NCBI GenBank assembly: GCA_951406725.2
Contig: OX597824.1
Coordinates: 37,138,001 to 37,202,000, forward strand
Direction of reading: 5' to 3'
DNA: 64,000 nt
DNA from: Octopus vulgaris
Taxonomy: Eukaryota
Part shown: one piece after another, positions 1 to 13,788 of the stretch
How positions within the stretch are numbered: position 1 is the first letter of the stretch
How the letters are laid out: every line of letters begins with the position of its first letter
Position numbers and translations under genes: made by a program
The notes under the pieces: model-generated
The model's input: only the letters and a program-made list of their open reading frames with translations
Databases searched by the model: none
What the model was told of the DNA's origin: nothing

Positions 1-240
1 ATATATATATGTATATGCGTGTGTGTATATTTGTGTGTCTGTTTGTCCCCCCAGCATCGCTTGACAACAGAAGCTGGTGTGTTTACGTCCCCATAACTTA
101 GTGGTTCGGCAAAAGAGACCAATAAAATAAGTACTAGGCTTACAAAGAATAAACTTTGGGGTCAAATTGCTCGACTATAAAGGCGATGCTCCAGCATGGC
201 CGCAGTCAAATGACTGAAACAAGTAAAAGAGTAAAAGAGT
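1..240 (+). mobile_element. SINE family A, 3' part
   Basis: Matches the 3' half of the full copy at 9547-9945. Confidence 0.85.
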
Positions 241-960
241 ATATGTAAAATATATATGAAAAATATATGAAAAATATGTAAAATATTAAGGCAGTTGACA
301 AAAAATTTCTACAATAAAATTCTAATTGATAAATATAAATTTTTATAAAAACAAAACATTCGGGTGAAGTAAATCTTGTGGTGTGAAGAATCAACACAGC
401 ATAATGTACGGGTGAAGTGAAACACAGCACAACATGCGGTTGTCATGGTAATAAGTTGTTAATGCCTCGCTGTCTGTTGATGGGCTAAAATTAACCAAAT
501 TTTTCCAACTTTAATTCCAAATAACATGAGATTCTTTAATTTACGAGATAAAGTAATTGGTTGATCGTAATCAAAATTCAGACTTGCATCGTTATGCCAA
601 AATTGAAAGCAATCTGAGCAAAATTAAAGGGGGCTAATTTTGTGAATCAGTTTAACTAGATCCTTCCTTCTTACCCTTATTGTGCTCTTCCCCCACCCCG
701 CTCCAGCATGAGCCCTTATGCTCAATCCTACTTCCCCCCAGAACTATTCACCCTCTGCAACTTCTTCCCTGCAGCTATCAATCTGTCACAGTTAATTCTA
801 TCAATCTCACAGGTGTTGAAGGACTTACAAACTCCATCGACACAGACTCTTTCCTCCTCAACAAACCAATGAAATTAATCCACAAAAACTCAACAAGAAA
901 TTCCTAAACTCAAAATATTTTCTCTATTTACAGATCAACAGCAAAACTAATTATAATAAT

Positions 961-1574
961 AACAAGAGCACTCAGAGAGCACAAACTTCTGCCAAGGCAA
1001 CACCAACGTCCTCTCAGCATTTAGCCAAAAATGATTTTTAAAATGAGAATATCTGAAATAAACTCAACTGCTCTCACAAATGAGAAAACGGTTAATGTTG
1101 ACATTATTACCTGGAAATGAAATCGAAAAATAAAATAGTGTAACGGATGTAAAACAAAGGTGTAGGAAACGAATATGAAAACAAAAATGCCAGGAAAGCA
1201 ATGGGGGGTGGGGAGAGGCCTTTGGAAAATTCACAAGATCCAATATTTTTCCCTCATAACTTTTAGAAAAATGGGTTTTTTTTAATGAAATTTTATATAA
1301 ATACCTTTCAAATGGTATAGATTATGATTATAAATAAATTTGTGAGGAAAATTTTTCCCAAGGGGTGGGAAGAGGACTATGGAAAATTCACAAGATCCAA
1401 TGTTTTTCCCTCATAACTTTGAGGAAAATGGATATCTTTCTATTTCACACCCAAATATCCTTGAAAGTTTAATCCGAATCCATCCAGCTGTTCTTGAGAT
1501 ATCTTGTCCACAGACAAATGAACAAACAAACATGATTGAAAACAATACCTCCACCTTCGTTAAGGTGGAGATAA
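961..1574 (-). mobile_element. Helentron/HINE (DINE-1-like) non-autonomous element
   Basis: Terminal hairpin CTCCACCTTCGTTAAGGTGGAG near 1550-1570. A matching subterminal copy (ACTTCTGCCAAGG) plus a short stem-loop at the other end. Internal duplicated core (GGAAAATTCACAAGATCCAAT at ~1224 and 1381). AA/TT-rich flanks. Confidence 0.6.
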
Positions 1575-1576
1575 TG

Positions 1577-1634
<58 letters not shown>
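1572..1634 (+). repeat. (AAT)n microsatellite
   Basis: Direct observation. Confidence 0.95.
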
Positions 1635-1636
<2 letters not shown>

Positions 1637-2175
1637 GCCCTGATGTAGTACCAAGCAGTGGCTCTCATCGCTTCTGATCTTAACTGATTGGAAGTGTCAT
1701 CATGTACATTGTTTTGTCTTGGTATAAAAGATGGGCTACAGCAAATATTCTGCTCAATACCACAGATTTGCTTGTCAGTTGTTTGACCTTAACCAGTTGA
1801 GCATGTCCATTTGTGGATGACGATATGTGCATCTCTGATCACGAGCAGAAGTAGTGGGGGAGCATCATAGCCATGTGTTGAGAGGGATACTTTGGGGTTT
1901 GAATAATTCACCCTTGGAAACATGAGTGTTTCGTTCAACATCCTTAAATAACCCTTATTCAGGGACCTGAAGAAAATTCTAACTGGGCCCCACTTGCAAG
2001 GTCATGTGCTGTTTATCTTGATATGAAATCATGTCACACACATATGGTTGTGATGCATGTGCCTGATGCACCCTTATCAGACGAGTAGTCATAATGGGTA
2101 TCCTGGGCTTCGTTTATTTTACCCAAGTGTCACTTTGATGGCATGCACTGCTCTCTCACTCAATAATAATAATAA
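1635..2175. mobile_element. Unclassified interspersed repeat between (AAT)n tracts
   Basis: Higher-GC ~530-nt block bounded on both sides by AAT repeats. Family not identified. Confidence 0.35.
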
Positions 2176-3032
2176 TTTCATGCCCATGTTCCACATATAG
2201 GTGTCACATAACAAACTGAAACATTTCTGTTTTTTTCTCTACAAAATTTATTTCTTCTAAGCATACCAACACACCAACTCAGGGAGTAAATTCACAGAAT
2301 CAGTGAAGCATCTGACAGAATACCTTGTGGTGTTTATTTACACCTTGACAGTTTGTTGCATTTTGTAGTGATGAATAAAGTTTATTTATAACTTATTACA
2401 TTCTAGGATTGATTAAATAAAGTACCACTCTGGGGCAATTTAGACTGGTAAAATTGTTACAGCATCACACAAGATACCTTGTGGTAATTGTTATGACTGT
2501 TTGTATTCTGGGTTCAAATCCCTCCTTCGTAGGCTTGATTTCTTCTTGCCTGATTTAACATCCTCGCCTGACATCTTCTATGTCTTTATTGGAGTCCATC
2601 TATTGCTTGGTCACCAGGACTCGTCTTTGAGGATAATCATCTCTCAACCAATCGTAGACACTTCCTCTCCCCATCACTAAGGGACATACAAAAAAAGCCA
2701 TTTTCTAACTGATACCTATTACCATGACAACTGCTTAACCTACCCCACTGAGAACAGTTATGTAATTCTTTTGATATTCTTCAATCACCAATGTTGAGTC
2801 AAAGTCATACCTCCCACTTGATGACATAAACAGTCTTAGGAATTAAGAAGAACTTCATTAAATCAATCAAAGACTTCTGTGGTTGGAGTCAATCATGGAA
2901 AGATCAGCAGATGATTGGAAATGAGATTTTCGTAAATTTTATCTATAATGAACATTTATTGATTATTAAAATACAGTAATATCTGAATTATGGCAATCTT
3001 CAGTTCCTTGAAAAAAGTAAGAATAATTGTAT

Positions 3033-3178
3033 ATGATGGTGATGGTGATGATGATGATGATGATGATGGAAGATAATGATGGTGGAAGATGATGATGATG
3101 GAAGATGATGATGATGGCAGTGGTGGTGGTAGTAGTGGTGGTGATTATAGTGATGATGATGGATAATGATGATGATAG

Positions 3179-3220
<42 letters not shown>
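3033..3220 (+). repeat. (GAT/GGT)n degenerate microsatellite
   Basis: Direct observation. It produces the poly-S/H/I ORFs. Confidence 0.95.
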
Positions 3221-4421
3221 CTGAACTCTTTCGCATTGGTTGTTTACAAGCCCAATGTAAATTATTGTCATTCATTCTTACAGCAGAAGCTCCCAGAATT
3301 TCTTTATTCTTATAAAATCAAAAAATATTCAATTTTATGCTACATCTTTGTACATTTTTTTCTCTAAATTTCTAAAAAAAAAAGCATACTGCAATTAACC
3401 AAAATTTATACCATTCACATATAGTGGTCCATCATAGATATATTTCATGCTAAGCATGTGCTGGTGTTATGAAAACTTGTGCAATTAAATGGAATCAAAC
3501 TATAGTATTACTGGTTGTATCAACAGAATATCTCTATATTTATAAACGGCAAAATGTCTGTGTATCTGTGTGTCAGTGTGTCCTTTATACAAATTATTAT
3601 TTTTTTTTTTAATTTCATCTAGTTTCAGCTCACAAGCTGTGGCCATGCTGGGGCACCGCCATTTGATGTTGCTACATGATTTTACTTCATGAATGCTTTT
3701 TAGCAATTGACATTTGGTGCATGAGAGAGTTTGATGCAGCTGCCCTCATCTGCACCTCCTGCCAAGAAGTTGGTTTATCTGGGACACCTGACACAGTTTT
3801 TCATGTAAAAGGCTTGCATTTTCTATAGGCTTTAAAACCTGTCTGAGGGTGGTCGTGAAGATCTTTTTATTTCCCCAGTCACCCCAGAAAGCCATTAAAA
3901 AAATCAATAAACCAACCCCTTATGCCCATAAATTATGGGCATATCCATTCAAAATAGCTAAAACATAGAAATAGATACGCCAATAGATTGCCAGCTGTTT
4001 TTTGACTGGACGTAAATAATTTTACCCTTGACAGTTGAATGCGCATGTGCATGTGCATGTGCATTTGCAGGCAGTCTGCATGACTCAGTGCATTTTTGTG
4101 TTTTGCGAAGATGCGTTATCATGTGTTTAGCCTTTCAAATGTGCACGCTTTTTTGATTTGAGAAATGCAGGGAATAATTAACGAGTTAGACCAAGTGAAT
4201 GACAAGAGAGCAGGATTTTCATGAAAAACCAAATATGCTTGACTAGCACTAGACACGGCAATGCCGGGTCATAGTGCTTGTAGAAGAATATAGCAGAATA
4301 TCTGGCAGTCAGTCAGTTTCAATGACAAGTGTCCCAGTTGGTCTGATCAATGGAACAGCCTGCTTGTGAAATCATTGTACAAGTAGCTGAGCACGCCACA
4401 GGTATGTGAGGCCTTAATATG

Positions 4422-5682
4422 ATAATAATAATAATGAAATTATTGTATACAGTGCTCAGGTGCACCACAACTTGTCAGAAAGTGCATATAAAGTACATGC
4501 AGTAATGTAGAAATGTCTGGAAAGTGAACATGCTTGTGTGTGTATGGAGGGGAGAAAATCAAGTGTAGTGTTGGCGAATCTCAGAAAGCATGGAAGTTTT
4601 GAAGGATGCAGTGCTCCAACAACTAACAACCGATGCCGGCAGTTTGTTCCACGCTTCAGCAACTCTCAGCGTGAAAAAATGTTTCCTGAAGTCATGGGAG
4701 CTGTGCTGTTTTCTTACTTTGTAAATATGTCCACGGGTGTTAGATGGGTGGAGTTTGAAGAGGTGCTCAGAGTTATTGTTTGTGCGATGGTTGATAATTT
4801 TATGGGTGTCTGCCAAGTCAGCTGCCAGACGTCGGAGTTTCAATGTGTCCATGCCCAGGGAAGTAAGGCGTTCAGGATATGGCAAATGCCTGATGGAGGG
4901 TATTCTTTTGGTTGCACGTCGCTGAACAGCTTCCAGACGATTGATGTCCTGGGCAAGATAGGGGTTCCAGACCAGTGATGCAAATTCCAGGTGAGGTCTT
5001 ACCATAGCTATATAAAGCCGCAGATAGATAGCCGGAGAGCGGCTCACAAAGGATTTGGTGAGTGATGCCAAGACACCCTCAGCCTTCTTGACAATTTTAG
5101 CGATGTGTTTTGTCCAACGCAAATCACTGTCGACAATAACACCCAGGTCACGTTCACTTGAAGACTTTTTGAGACTAGTGTTGTGGAGGGAGTAGGTGGA
5201 CGCTGGGTTTCTCCTCTCAAAATGCATGGTGGTACATTTGTCCACAGCCAGCTTGAGTTGCCAGCCCATGATCCACTGCTGCATTGTGTCCAGGTCTGCT
5301 TGCAATAGAGATCCATAGTGTACAGGATTTGACCTCTTTATTTCGAGGTACAGCTTGATGTCATCTGCATATTTCAGCACTGTGGCATTCTTTAAGTTGG
5401 CATCTATGTCATTAACATATGCAACAAATAAAAGGGGGCCAAGAACAGATCCCTGCGGCACACCAGATGTCATCTCATAGGGCGAAGAGTGCTGTCCTAG
5501 AACTGTGACAACCTCTTTTCGGCCGAAAATAAAGGACTTTAACCAGTTATAGAGTTCGTCTCTTACACCCAACGCAGAAAGCTTCACCATAAGTCTTTTG
5601 TGTGGCACAGAGTTAAAAGCCTTAGCAAAGTCCAGGTAAACAACATCCACCCAGGATCCGCGATCAGTGATTTGGGTAATGT
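4422..5682 (-). mobile_element. 5'-truncated CR1/L2-type LINE (reverse transcriptase C-terminal half)
   Basis: ORF 4559-5650 has YLDFAKAFNSVPH, SGVPQGSVLGPLLF, KYADD and RDLGV RT motifs. Short 3' UTR with a (TAT)n tail. It splits a host SINE (~4325-4418 and ~5683-5890). Confidence 0.93.
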
Positions 5683-6099
5683 AGGTCTCAGGGAGATTCA
5701 GTGTGACACAGAAAGTGACAACGCTGGCCCTTTTGAAACAGAGGTGCGATTCATTTTTGCCAGCTGAGTGGACTGGAGCAACATAAAATAATATGTCTTG
5801 CTCAAGGACACAGTGTGCTGCCTGGAATTGAACCCATGACCTTACGACTGTGAGCTGAATACTTTAACCACTAAGCCACACAACTTCATTGTATAGCAGA
5901 ATATAGTGACAGTTAAGAAGATAAGAAAAAAATCATGAGAAAACTGAAGACAGCCAAGCTTTCAGTCCTTCATCTTCAAGAACTTGACCTGATTAAAGTG
6001 AAATGTTGAGTGTTCCTACTTCATAAACTCTGTCAGGCATCCAGTTAGAGAGGTCCAGTCATAATGAATGTGTTAATGGGAACAGTTAAAATAAATAGG

Positions 6100-6690
6100 T
6101 GCAGGCAGTGTGATAAGAAGTTTGCATCACAACCACATGGTTCCAGGTTCAGTTCCACTGCATGGCACCTTCAGCAAGTGTCTTCCACTATAACTTCAGG
6201 CTGACAAAAGCCTTCTGAATGTTGTGTGTGTTTGTCTTTGTCTGTGTCTCTTGCCACTGCTTGACAACTAGTGTTGGTTTGTTTACATCCCCCATAACTT
6301 AGCAGTTCAGCAAAAGGCATTGATAGAATAAGTACCAGGCTTTAAAAAAAGAAAAGGGTACTGAGGTCGATTCTATTTCTTTATTGCCCACAGGGGGCTA
6401 AACATAGAAGGGACAAACAAAGACAGACAAACGGATTAAGTTGATTACATCGATTCCAGTGCGTAACTGGTACTTAATTTATCGACCCCGAAAGGATGAA
6501 AGGCAAAGTCGACCTCGGCGGAATTTGAACTCAGAACGTAACGGCAGACAAAATACTGCAAAGCATCTCGCCCGGCATGCTAATGATTCTGCCAGCTCGC
6601 CATGCTGAGGTCGATTCATTCAACTAAAATTCTTGAAGGTGGTGCCCCAGCATGGCCACAGTCTAATAACTGAAACAAATAAAAGGTAGA
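6100..6690 (+). mobile_element. SINE family A with a nested family B SINE (6374-6604, minus)
   Basis: 13-bp TSD CTGAGGTCGATTC at 6361-6373 and 6605-6617 flanks the nested element. Confidence 0.85.
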
Positions 6691-7511
6691 AGATAATATT
6701 CTGGAAAGATGAAACAATAAAAAATTTAGAACAGGTTTTCTTTAACTTTTGTTCTACTTTAAACATTCTATTGTGATTTTCCTGACTTTCATATAATTTT
6801 ATTTAATGAGGTAATGAATAATTCAAGCAGTTCCTATTATGTTTCTAAGAGTCACAGCTGACTGAAATGATAGGCTGTTGTTTGTCTACCAATGGTTCAC
6901 TGACGAAATACATAACCCGGGTGTTACGAAGGCAGCACATAAAAGTACTTTGTTATTTTATTGTATTGAATCATAACCACAGGCCCTAGAAAGCAACAGC
7001 TTACCACAGCAATGACTACTTATTTTAAAAGTAGATTTAGTAATTCATTGAGATGCAAAGACTTTCGTTTTGTATCAAATGTTCCAGTTGAAGATCAAAA
7101 ATGAAATACCCAAAAAGAGTTACTTGGAATTTCCAAAATGAAGATAAAACAGCAAAAATCATTACTTTACACAATTAATTAAATGGTATTTCAGAGAAAA
7201 ACTAAGAGAAATGTTGTTCAATCACCAACAATGGGAAAAGGTTTTATTTAATATGAGTGATATTTTTCTTGCATTTTTGAATAGAATTTCAGCTTTGGAA
7301 AGAAAGAAGTATCTTTGATGTTTGATTGAAAACATGGAATGACAAAGAGAATGTAAGTGCTTCCATGTATAATGGTTGATACAAAGATTTTTTTAGCAAG
7401 TTTAGAGAAGTCATTATAGAGATCAAAAAAAGTAGCAAAGATAAAACACAACTTGATAATGGATAATAAATACATATTCGATCCACAAGGATGGATATTT
7501 CTTATTGCTTA

Positions 7512-7735
7512 TTTCTTTATTGCCCACAAGGGGCTAAACACAGAGGGGACAAACAAGGACAGACAAACGGATTAAGTCGATTATATCGACCCCTGTGTGT
7601 AACTGGTACTTAATTTATCGACCCCGAAAGGATGAAAGGCAAAGTCGGCCTCGGCAGAATTTGAACTCGGAACGTAAGGGCAGACGAAATACCGCTAAGC
7701 ATTTCGCCCAGCGTGCTAACATTTTTACCAGCTCT
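7512..7735 (-). mobile_element. SINE family B
   Basis: Reverse complement of 14403-14635. Confidence 0.85.
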
Positions 7736-9546
7736 ACCAGGTTGGAGATTGAAACAGGGACCTTTTAGTTTGTGTCAAGTCAATTGTTCATATTTAACAA
7801 AGAAAAGCACTGCAGTTCAATAAAACCTATCAAGTTTTGCATTAGTTCAATAAAAGTTCACGGAATGAAATCAGTTTGCAAGTTGTGTAGAAAAAAAAAC
7901 TTTTACTCTTTAGCATTTGAATCAGCCATGTCTGAGCAAAATATTCCAATTGTTTTATTTTCAAACCAACCAGTTCCTACCTCTCACATCTACCCCACAT
8001 TGTCATTTTAAAAATAAACAAGCACATCATCAAACCCTTGAAGCAACGAGATAATGCATGATTAATTCAAAACAACACAACTATATAAGTATTATATTTG
8101 ACAGGTTAATTTGAATGCTAATTGGCTATTGTTTTAAATGGGACCTGTCATTAAATGTAAAATGTTTCCCTCACTCTTCTAAGATAAAGGGTCCTGCTTG
8201 AAATATTAGAATTCTCTGCTCAAACCATAAAAAACTTATTCCATGTGGTGAACTCTACTCAGTGTGAACTAAAATCAATAAGCTTTTTCTATTGTGTTAA
8301 GTCTGTTTTCATTTGTCTGGTTAAGCCAGTGGCTCTGGCTCACTTGCAACCCTCATGCTTTCATAATTCTTGTTTTATCATATCAATTTGTTATCAAGCT
8401 CTATCTACAATTACAATCAAATTCAAAATCAGAAGTTCGAAATTTGATAAAAATCAAATATTTTTTCATAAATCTAAACTAATCTCTCTTAAAGATTAGA
8501 TTAAGTTCAGTCAACTAATCCAAGGCAAATTGGATTTAAGCTGCCACAGTGAGTGGCTGACAGTATCACATCACCTGATCTAGTTTTGTACCAAACCATT
8601 TGGTATTTTTCACTTCAGTGAAACAGTCCACTTCGCTATGTTTTACTAAAGTAATATTTATTACAGTAACTAGCAGATTCAGTGGAGATAACTGATGAGT
8701 GTTTCATTATGATAGTCACCCCAACCACCACTAAAATCAATAACAAGAATCTTTGGTATCAAACACTTCAGATAAATAAAATTGTTATCTATGAATAAAT
8801 TAATTTTTATAATTGAAGTTTTTATTGAAATTTCTGAGATGATTAATTATTATTATTATGTCTCTGTCTTGGTTGTTATTTCTATATTTTATAGATTTTT
8901 ATTATAAAAATAACTGGTGTTGGCAGCAGTTTTAAAGCAAGACACAGATGGAGCTAAGATATCAAAATAATAATGATATATTTAAACTCCAATCTTAACT
9001 AAAGCTTTAATAAATTATTTGACAAAAATGTTTGCCAAGGCAAAGCAATATTTGATGTTCCCAGGAAAAAATTTTCTCTTATAAACAAAGGAACTGTAGC
9101 AAAGCCAGCATTATTTGATAACCATTGATAATGTAGGCATAACTATACAACACAGTTACCTTAATGATTTTAGTCAGTGTCAGATGTCCTTAATAAAGAC
9201 AGGCAGATCTGCAAAAATATATTATTAGATATCACAGATGACTTTAAGGAAAACACTATTCTTTCCAGTTGAGTAAGAAGTGGTCAGAAGTTTACTTCCT
9301 AACCATATGGTTTTAGGTTCAATCCCACAATGTGTCACTTTGGGCAAGTGTCTTCTACAACAGCCCCAGGTTAATCAATGCCCTGTGAGTGAATTTGGTG
9401 GTGGGAACTGAAAGAAGCCTGTTGTATATGTGAATGTGTGTGTTATTTATTATCTCCTTCGCTTGATATCACATGATGGTTGCAAACAAATATCACCATC
9501 ATGTAAGTGGTGTCCTTCATTTCCAATCTTCCATAAAAACATATCA

Positions 9547-9945
9547 GGCATAGGAGTGGCTGTGTGGTAAGTAGCTTGCTTACCAATCACATGGTTCCAG
9601 GTTCAGTCCCACTGCGTGGCACCTTGGGCAAGTGTCTTCTACTATAGCCTCGGGCCGACCAAAGCATTGTGAGTGGATTTGGTAGATGGAAACTGAAAGA
9701 AGCCCGTCATATATATGTATATATATATGTATGTGTGTGTATATGTTTGTGTGTGTCCCCCCCAACATCGCTTGACAACCGATGCTGGTGTGTTTACGTC
9801 CCTGTAACTTAGCAGTTCGGCAAAACAGACCGATAGAATAAGTACTAGGCTTACAAAGAATAAAAGTCCTGGGGTCGATTTCCTCAACTAAAGGTGGTGC
9901 TCCAGCATGGCCACAGTCACATGACTGAAACAAGTAAAAGAGTAA
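9547..9945 (+). mobile_element. SINE family A, full length (tRNA-derived head, internal TA/TG linker)
   Basis: A-box-like TGGCTGTGTGG, B-box-like GGTTCAGTCCC, GTAAAAGA tail. Other copies at about 17585-17905(+), 25595-25995(-), 27250-27485(-), 28355-28520(+), 31802-32205(-), 49358-49737(-), 51905-52295(-), 52930-53610(+), 57398-57802(+), 58440-58835(+) and 63640-64000(+). Confidence 0.88.
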
Positions 9946-10411
9946 AGAGAGGTTATGTGGGTGAGTGACAGGAAAGTCATCCAGCTATAGAAATTTTACC
10001 TAAACAAATTCTATTTGACCCACGCAAGCATGGAAAAGTGGGGATTAAAACAATGATGGTGATTTAGAAAGAACATGAGATTCTTACAAGAGCCGTTGGA
10101 AATAGAGTTATAAATCTAATAATTAAGACAGTATCACCTTTAAGTTAATTAGAAATAACAAGGGGAGATAAGTGAGGAATTAATGTGACCAACAGTAACA
10201 TTCTAGCATGGAAGAATGTAAAAAGAATATCAAATGTCATTTTGTGAGATTCTATTTATTTGTTGAACTATTTAGGGAAACACTTAGATATCATAGCAAC
10301 TACATTGTGGAACAACCATCTAATAACTCACAGTGTTTGAATTCCCTTTAAAAATGCATTGCATAAGATGTCAAAGTTTCCATGGCACAGGCACAGTTCC
10401 ATTTCAACATA

Positions 10412-10790
10412 TAAATAATAATGAAATTATTGTATACAGTGCTCAGGTGCGCCACAACTTGTCAGAAAGTGCATATAGAGTATATGCAGTAATGTACAAA
10501 TGTCTGGAAAGCAAACAATGTATGAGTCAGATACATGATTGTGTGTGTATGGAGGGTAGGAAATCAGGTGTAGTGTTGGCGAATCTCAGAAAGCATGGAA
10601 GTTTTGAAGGATGCAGTGCTCCGACAACTAACAACTGATGCCAGCAGTTTGTTCCATGCTTCAGCAACTCTCAGCATGAAAAAATGTTTCCTAAAGTCAT
10701 GGGAGCTGTGCTGTTTTCTGACTTTGTAAATATGTCCATGGCTGTCAGACGGGTGGAGTTTGAAAAGGTGCTCAGAGTTATTGTTTGTAT
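10412..10790 (-). mobile_element. Second, shorter 3' fragment of the same CR1/L2-type LINE
   Basis: Closely similar to 4428-4785. Same C-terminus (KQHSSHDFRKHFF..RVAEAWN) and the same tail. Confidence 0.92.
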
Positions 10791-12903
10791 AAAATGGCTC
10801 TTCCATGATAGAGAGCAACTGCTTCTAGTCTTAGATCAAGTCACTTTCTAAACAAGCACAAGTCAAAAACTGGTATTTTCCACCATTCTGAATCTGTTAT
10901 TAACCTGTCAAGCAACTTATAATGGTGTCAAACAAACTCCTTTGTTCTAAAATGTCAGCTGAAATCTCTACCAGTTTATGGAAATATAATTCGTGTACTG
11001 TTTTTTTACAAACTTTATTGTGGGAGCTATGAACCAAATAAGTCATAAATATATACTAGATATACTTCATCAACATTAGCTTTAGAAATAAATTATCTGG
11101 CTTCTATCATTGAAAGGACAGGTGCCAAACCTACAATGATGGTGGCATAATTTTTCTCATCTTTGTCTTAAATTTCCTACTGCAAAATTTCGTATGCAGA
11201 TTTTTTACTTAACTAGCAGATTCATTAAAGTTTTCACTTTCTACTAGACAATGAATTAAAAACAAAGATTTTTACAAAATAAATCTCAAGAAAAAGTGAT
11301 TGCTAAGTTTCCTGTATTTGCAATTTTAAGGCACTGAAACGAAATTTCCTTTGGCTTAGAGATTTAGCAGTAGGTGGAGATAACCGCTGAAGTCATATTA
11401 AAACTATAGGACAAACCAACATAACCAGGGGAAATAAATAGCAGAGACATTAAAATTGTTATTTAGCTGCAGAGCCCGGATTGAACAAACATATGATCCA
11501 AGGTGTTACAGTCTTGACTATCTGTCTGGGATTTTGTTTTGTTTTGCTTTTTTCAAGTACAATATGTTTAGGACTATGTTATGTAAAGTAACCTTAGATG
11601 AAAGAGAACAATTTGAAAGAAATTTAGCTTTTTATAGCAGGTTGCAACCAAACAAGTGTTTCCTCGTGGGTTTGATAATGCTTTGAATACAGTCCAACCA
11701 AAAATGAAACAAAAGGGTTGAACTGAGAAAAATGTGGTTTCACAGGAATAACAGATTTTGAGTCATTGGGTATAGAATGTTATCTTATAACAAATGGGAT
11801 TAGAAAGCAAAGACATACATAGCGGCAGATATATGTAAAGCATTATCATTATTTCATTGGTTTCAACATGTAATGTGAAGTTGTAGCCTTCATCCACCTC
11901 AGTTTAACTTCACCATCTGCATTCATGGTGTCTTAAATAAAGTTAACTCTGTTGCAAGAATTGGCATCAAGCTTTTGGTCTCAAGTAAACTTCCTCTCAC
12001 CATGACAGCTGCCCTCACACATCAGAGTAAGAACTCATTAAAAAAAAATGGAAAGAGATGCTTTGCTACTGTTTAATATCCATGGTAGACAAATATAAGG
12101 AAGAACAAAAATTAAAGCCAGACCTAAAAATACTGAAAGATAATATGATACAAAAGACAAATAATACAACAAAGCTATATGGCAGACCTGTTCACCCAAT
12201 ACCGACACATAAAAGACATGTTACCCATTAGCATTCACATTACTGTTAAATGTACTGCTTAGTTATTCACAGTGTTTTGAATTAATCATGTGTTATGTCA
12301 TAGCTTTGAGATTTCGATGATGTGGTTGTTCATTTTGAAGATAACATTGTTGGGTTGATGTGAGAGGCCAGATCTGGCTGGCTTGAACAATAAAACAACT
12401 AGAATACTTTGGCCAGATATGGCCAGTTTAAGCACTAAAAGGTTAAAATGAAATTGATAATAATAGTGATGGAGAAAATAGAAAAAGGCATGAGCATTTG
12501 AAAACTAGAAATGAAGATTGTACATATTTCTCAAAATAATTCTCTATCCTTTTATTTCCAGGCACAATTGACTGGCCAGCACTTTAAAGCAACAACTTAA
12601 TAGAAATGTCAGAGTATGTCAAAATTTAAAGCATTTCTTAATATTAACCACTTACTACACAGTCAAATTAAAGTTAGATCATTTGTGTTAAACAAGAAAA
12701 CTCACAACATCTTACATGAATTCATTTAAAACAGTTTTGTCTGAGAGTCATTTTGTCACCTCAGTTCAAAAAAAAAATTGCTTAATTGAAAATATATTTC
12801 CAAAATGTATTTAAAAAATAACAAAAATAAATAATTTAGACTTTAACAGAGATTTAATCAGTAAAATAATTTGGTCATAAAATATACTGGAAATTCAAAA
12901 TTT

Positions 12904-13734
12904 TTATCCCCACCGTACTTTACAGAAAGAATATACTTTTTCTCGTTCTTGAGGACTAAATTGCAATATGGTAATTATTGCATTTAGCATCTTTTGTTTC
13001 CCAGAAGAGTCTGTACAGATGAGAAACTGATATACGACATTTTTTAAATATTCTAAATTAGCTCCTTCTCTTGACTTATCTCTTTCATGCTTACGGAGCA
13101 TCTCTTGTAACTGTTCATGCTCTTCTTTAGCTTTCTGCTCTTTAAGCAATAAAGAATGCTGAAGTTCTCGAAGTGCTGTCTCCAGCTGATATTTCCTGCT
13201 TCGAAGAGAAGCAATGTCAACATCTTTGCGAGCAATTTCTTGAGCAAAATGTATGAGTGGCATATCACCTGAAGGGGAAGAAACATTATGCAATAACTTA
13301 GAGAAACTTTGTTGCTCTTCTGGTAAGATACCAGAACCAGCATTGTCCATTGCATTTGAAGCATCCATCTGTTTCTGTGGTAATGATGCTGATGACGAAT
13401 GCTGACTGTACAAGTCTGTATTATAAGTTGGAAGATTAGCAAGTGTCTGAAGCCGTGCAATTTCAAGATCCTTTTCCATTAACATGGATATAGTCCTATT
13501 ACGTTGCTTTTTTAATTCTTCTTCAAGCTCTGCCAGTTGATGTCGATGTTCACTGACCATCACATTCTGCTCTGAATGATGTTTCTCTTGAAGGGTTACC
13601 ATTATACTGTGAAGGTTATCTTCTTTCTCTAATTGTGTCTTCATCTGGATCTCATGTTGAATGTGTAAAGTTTTCACTTTTTCTCTCAATTCATTTACTT
13701 GTTCCCGTAAATTGTCTTCTTGAGAAGTGTTTTC
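12904..13734 (-). CDS. GCC1: GCC1 last coding exon with C-terminal GRIP domain
   Basis: ttgcag acceptor at 13735-13737. Ends REGANLEYLKNVVYQFL...KMLNAIITILQFSPQE...WG*, a GRIP domain signature. TAA at 12904-12906. Confidence 0.96.
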   Translation of the reverse strand, partial: ENTSQEDNLREQVNELREKVKTLHIQHEIQMKTQLEKEDNLHSIMVTLQEKHHSEQNVMVSEHRHQLAELEEELKKQRNRTISMLMEKDLEIARLQTLANLPTYNTDLYSQHSSSASLPQKQMDASNAMDNAGSGILPEEQQSFSKLLHNVSSPSGDMPLIHFAQEIARKDVDIASLRSRKYQLETALRELQHSLLLKEQKAKEEHEQLQEMLRKHERDKSREGANLEYLKNVVYQFLICTDSSGKQKMLNAIITILQFSPQEREKVYSFCKVRWG

Positions 13735-13788
13735 CTGCAATAAAAATAATTTACCGATTATTAGCAAAAAGAAAAATAAAGATGTATA

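Noticed and set aside
1379-3275. ORFs with poly-I/Y/S/H runs
   Set aside because: They are translations of (AAT)n and (GAT)n microsatellites.
4538-4978. 146-aa plus-strand ORF
   Set aside because: It is the antisense shadow of the LINE RT ORF.
6700-12900. Additional gene downstream of GCC1
   Set aside because: No spliceable exons with recognisable protein similarity were found. It is likely 3' UTR or intergenic, and the poly(A) site cannot be fixed from sequence.
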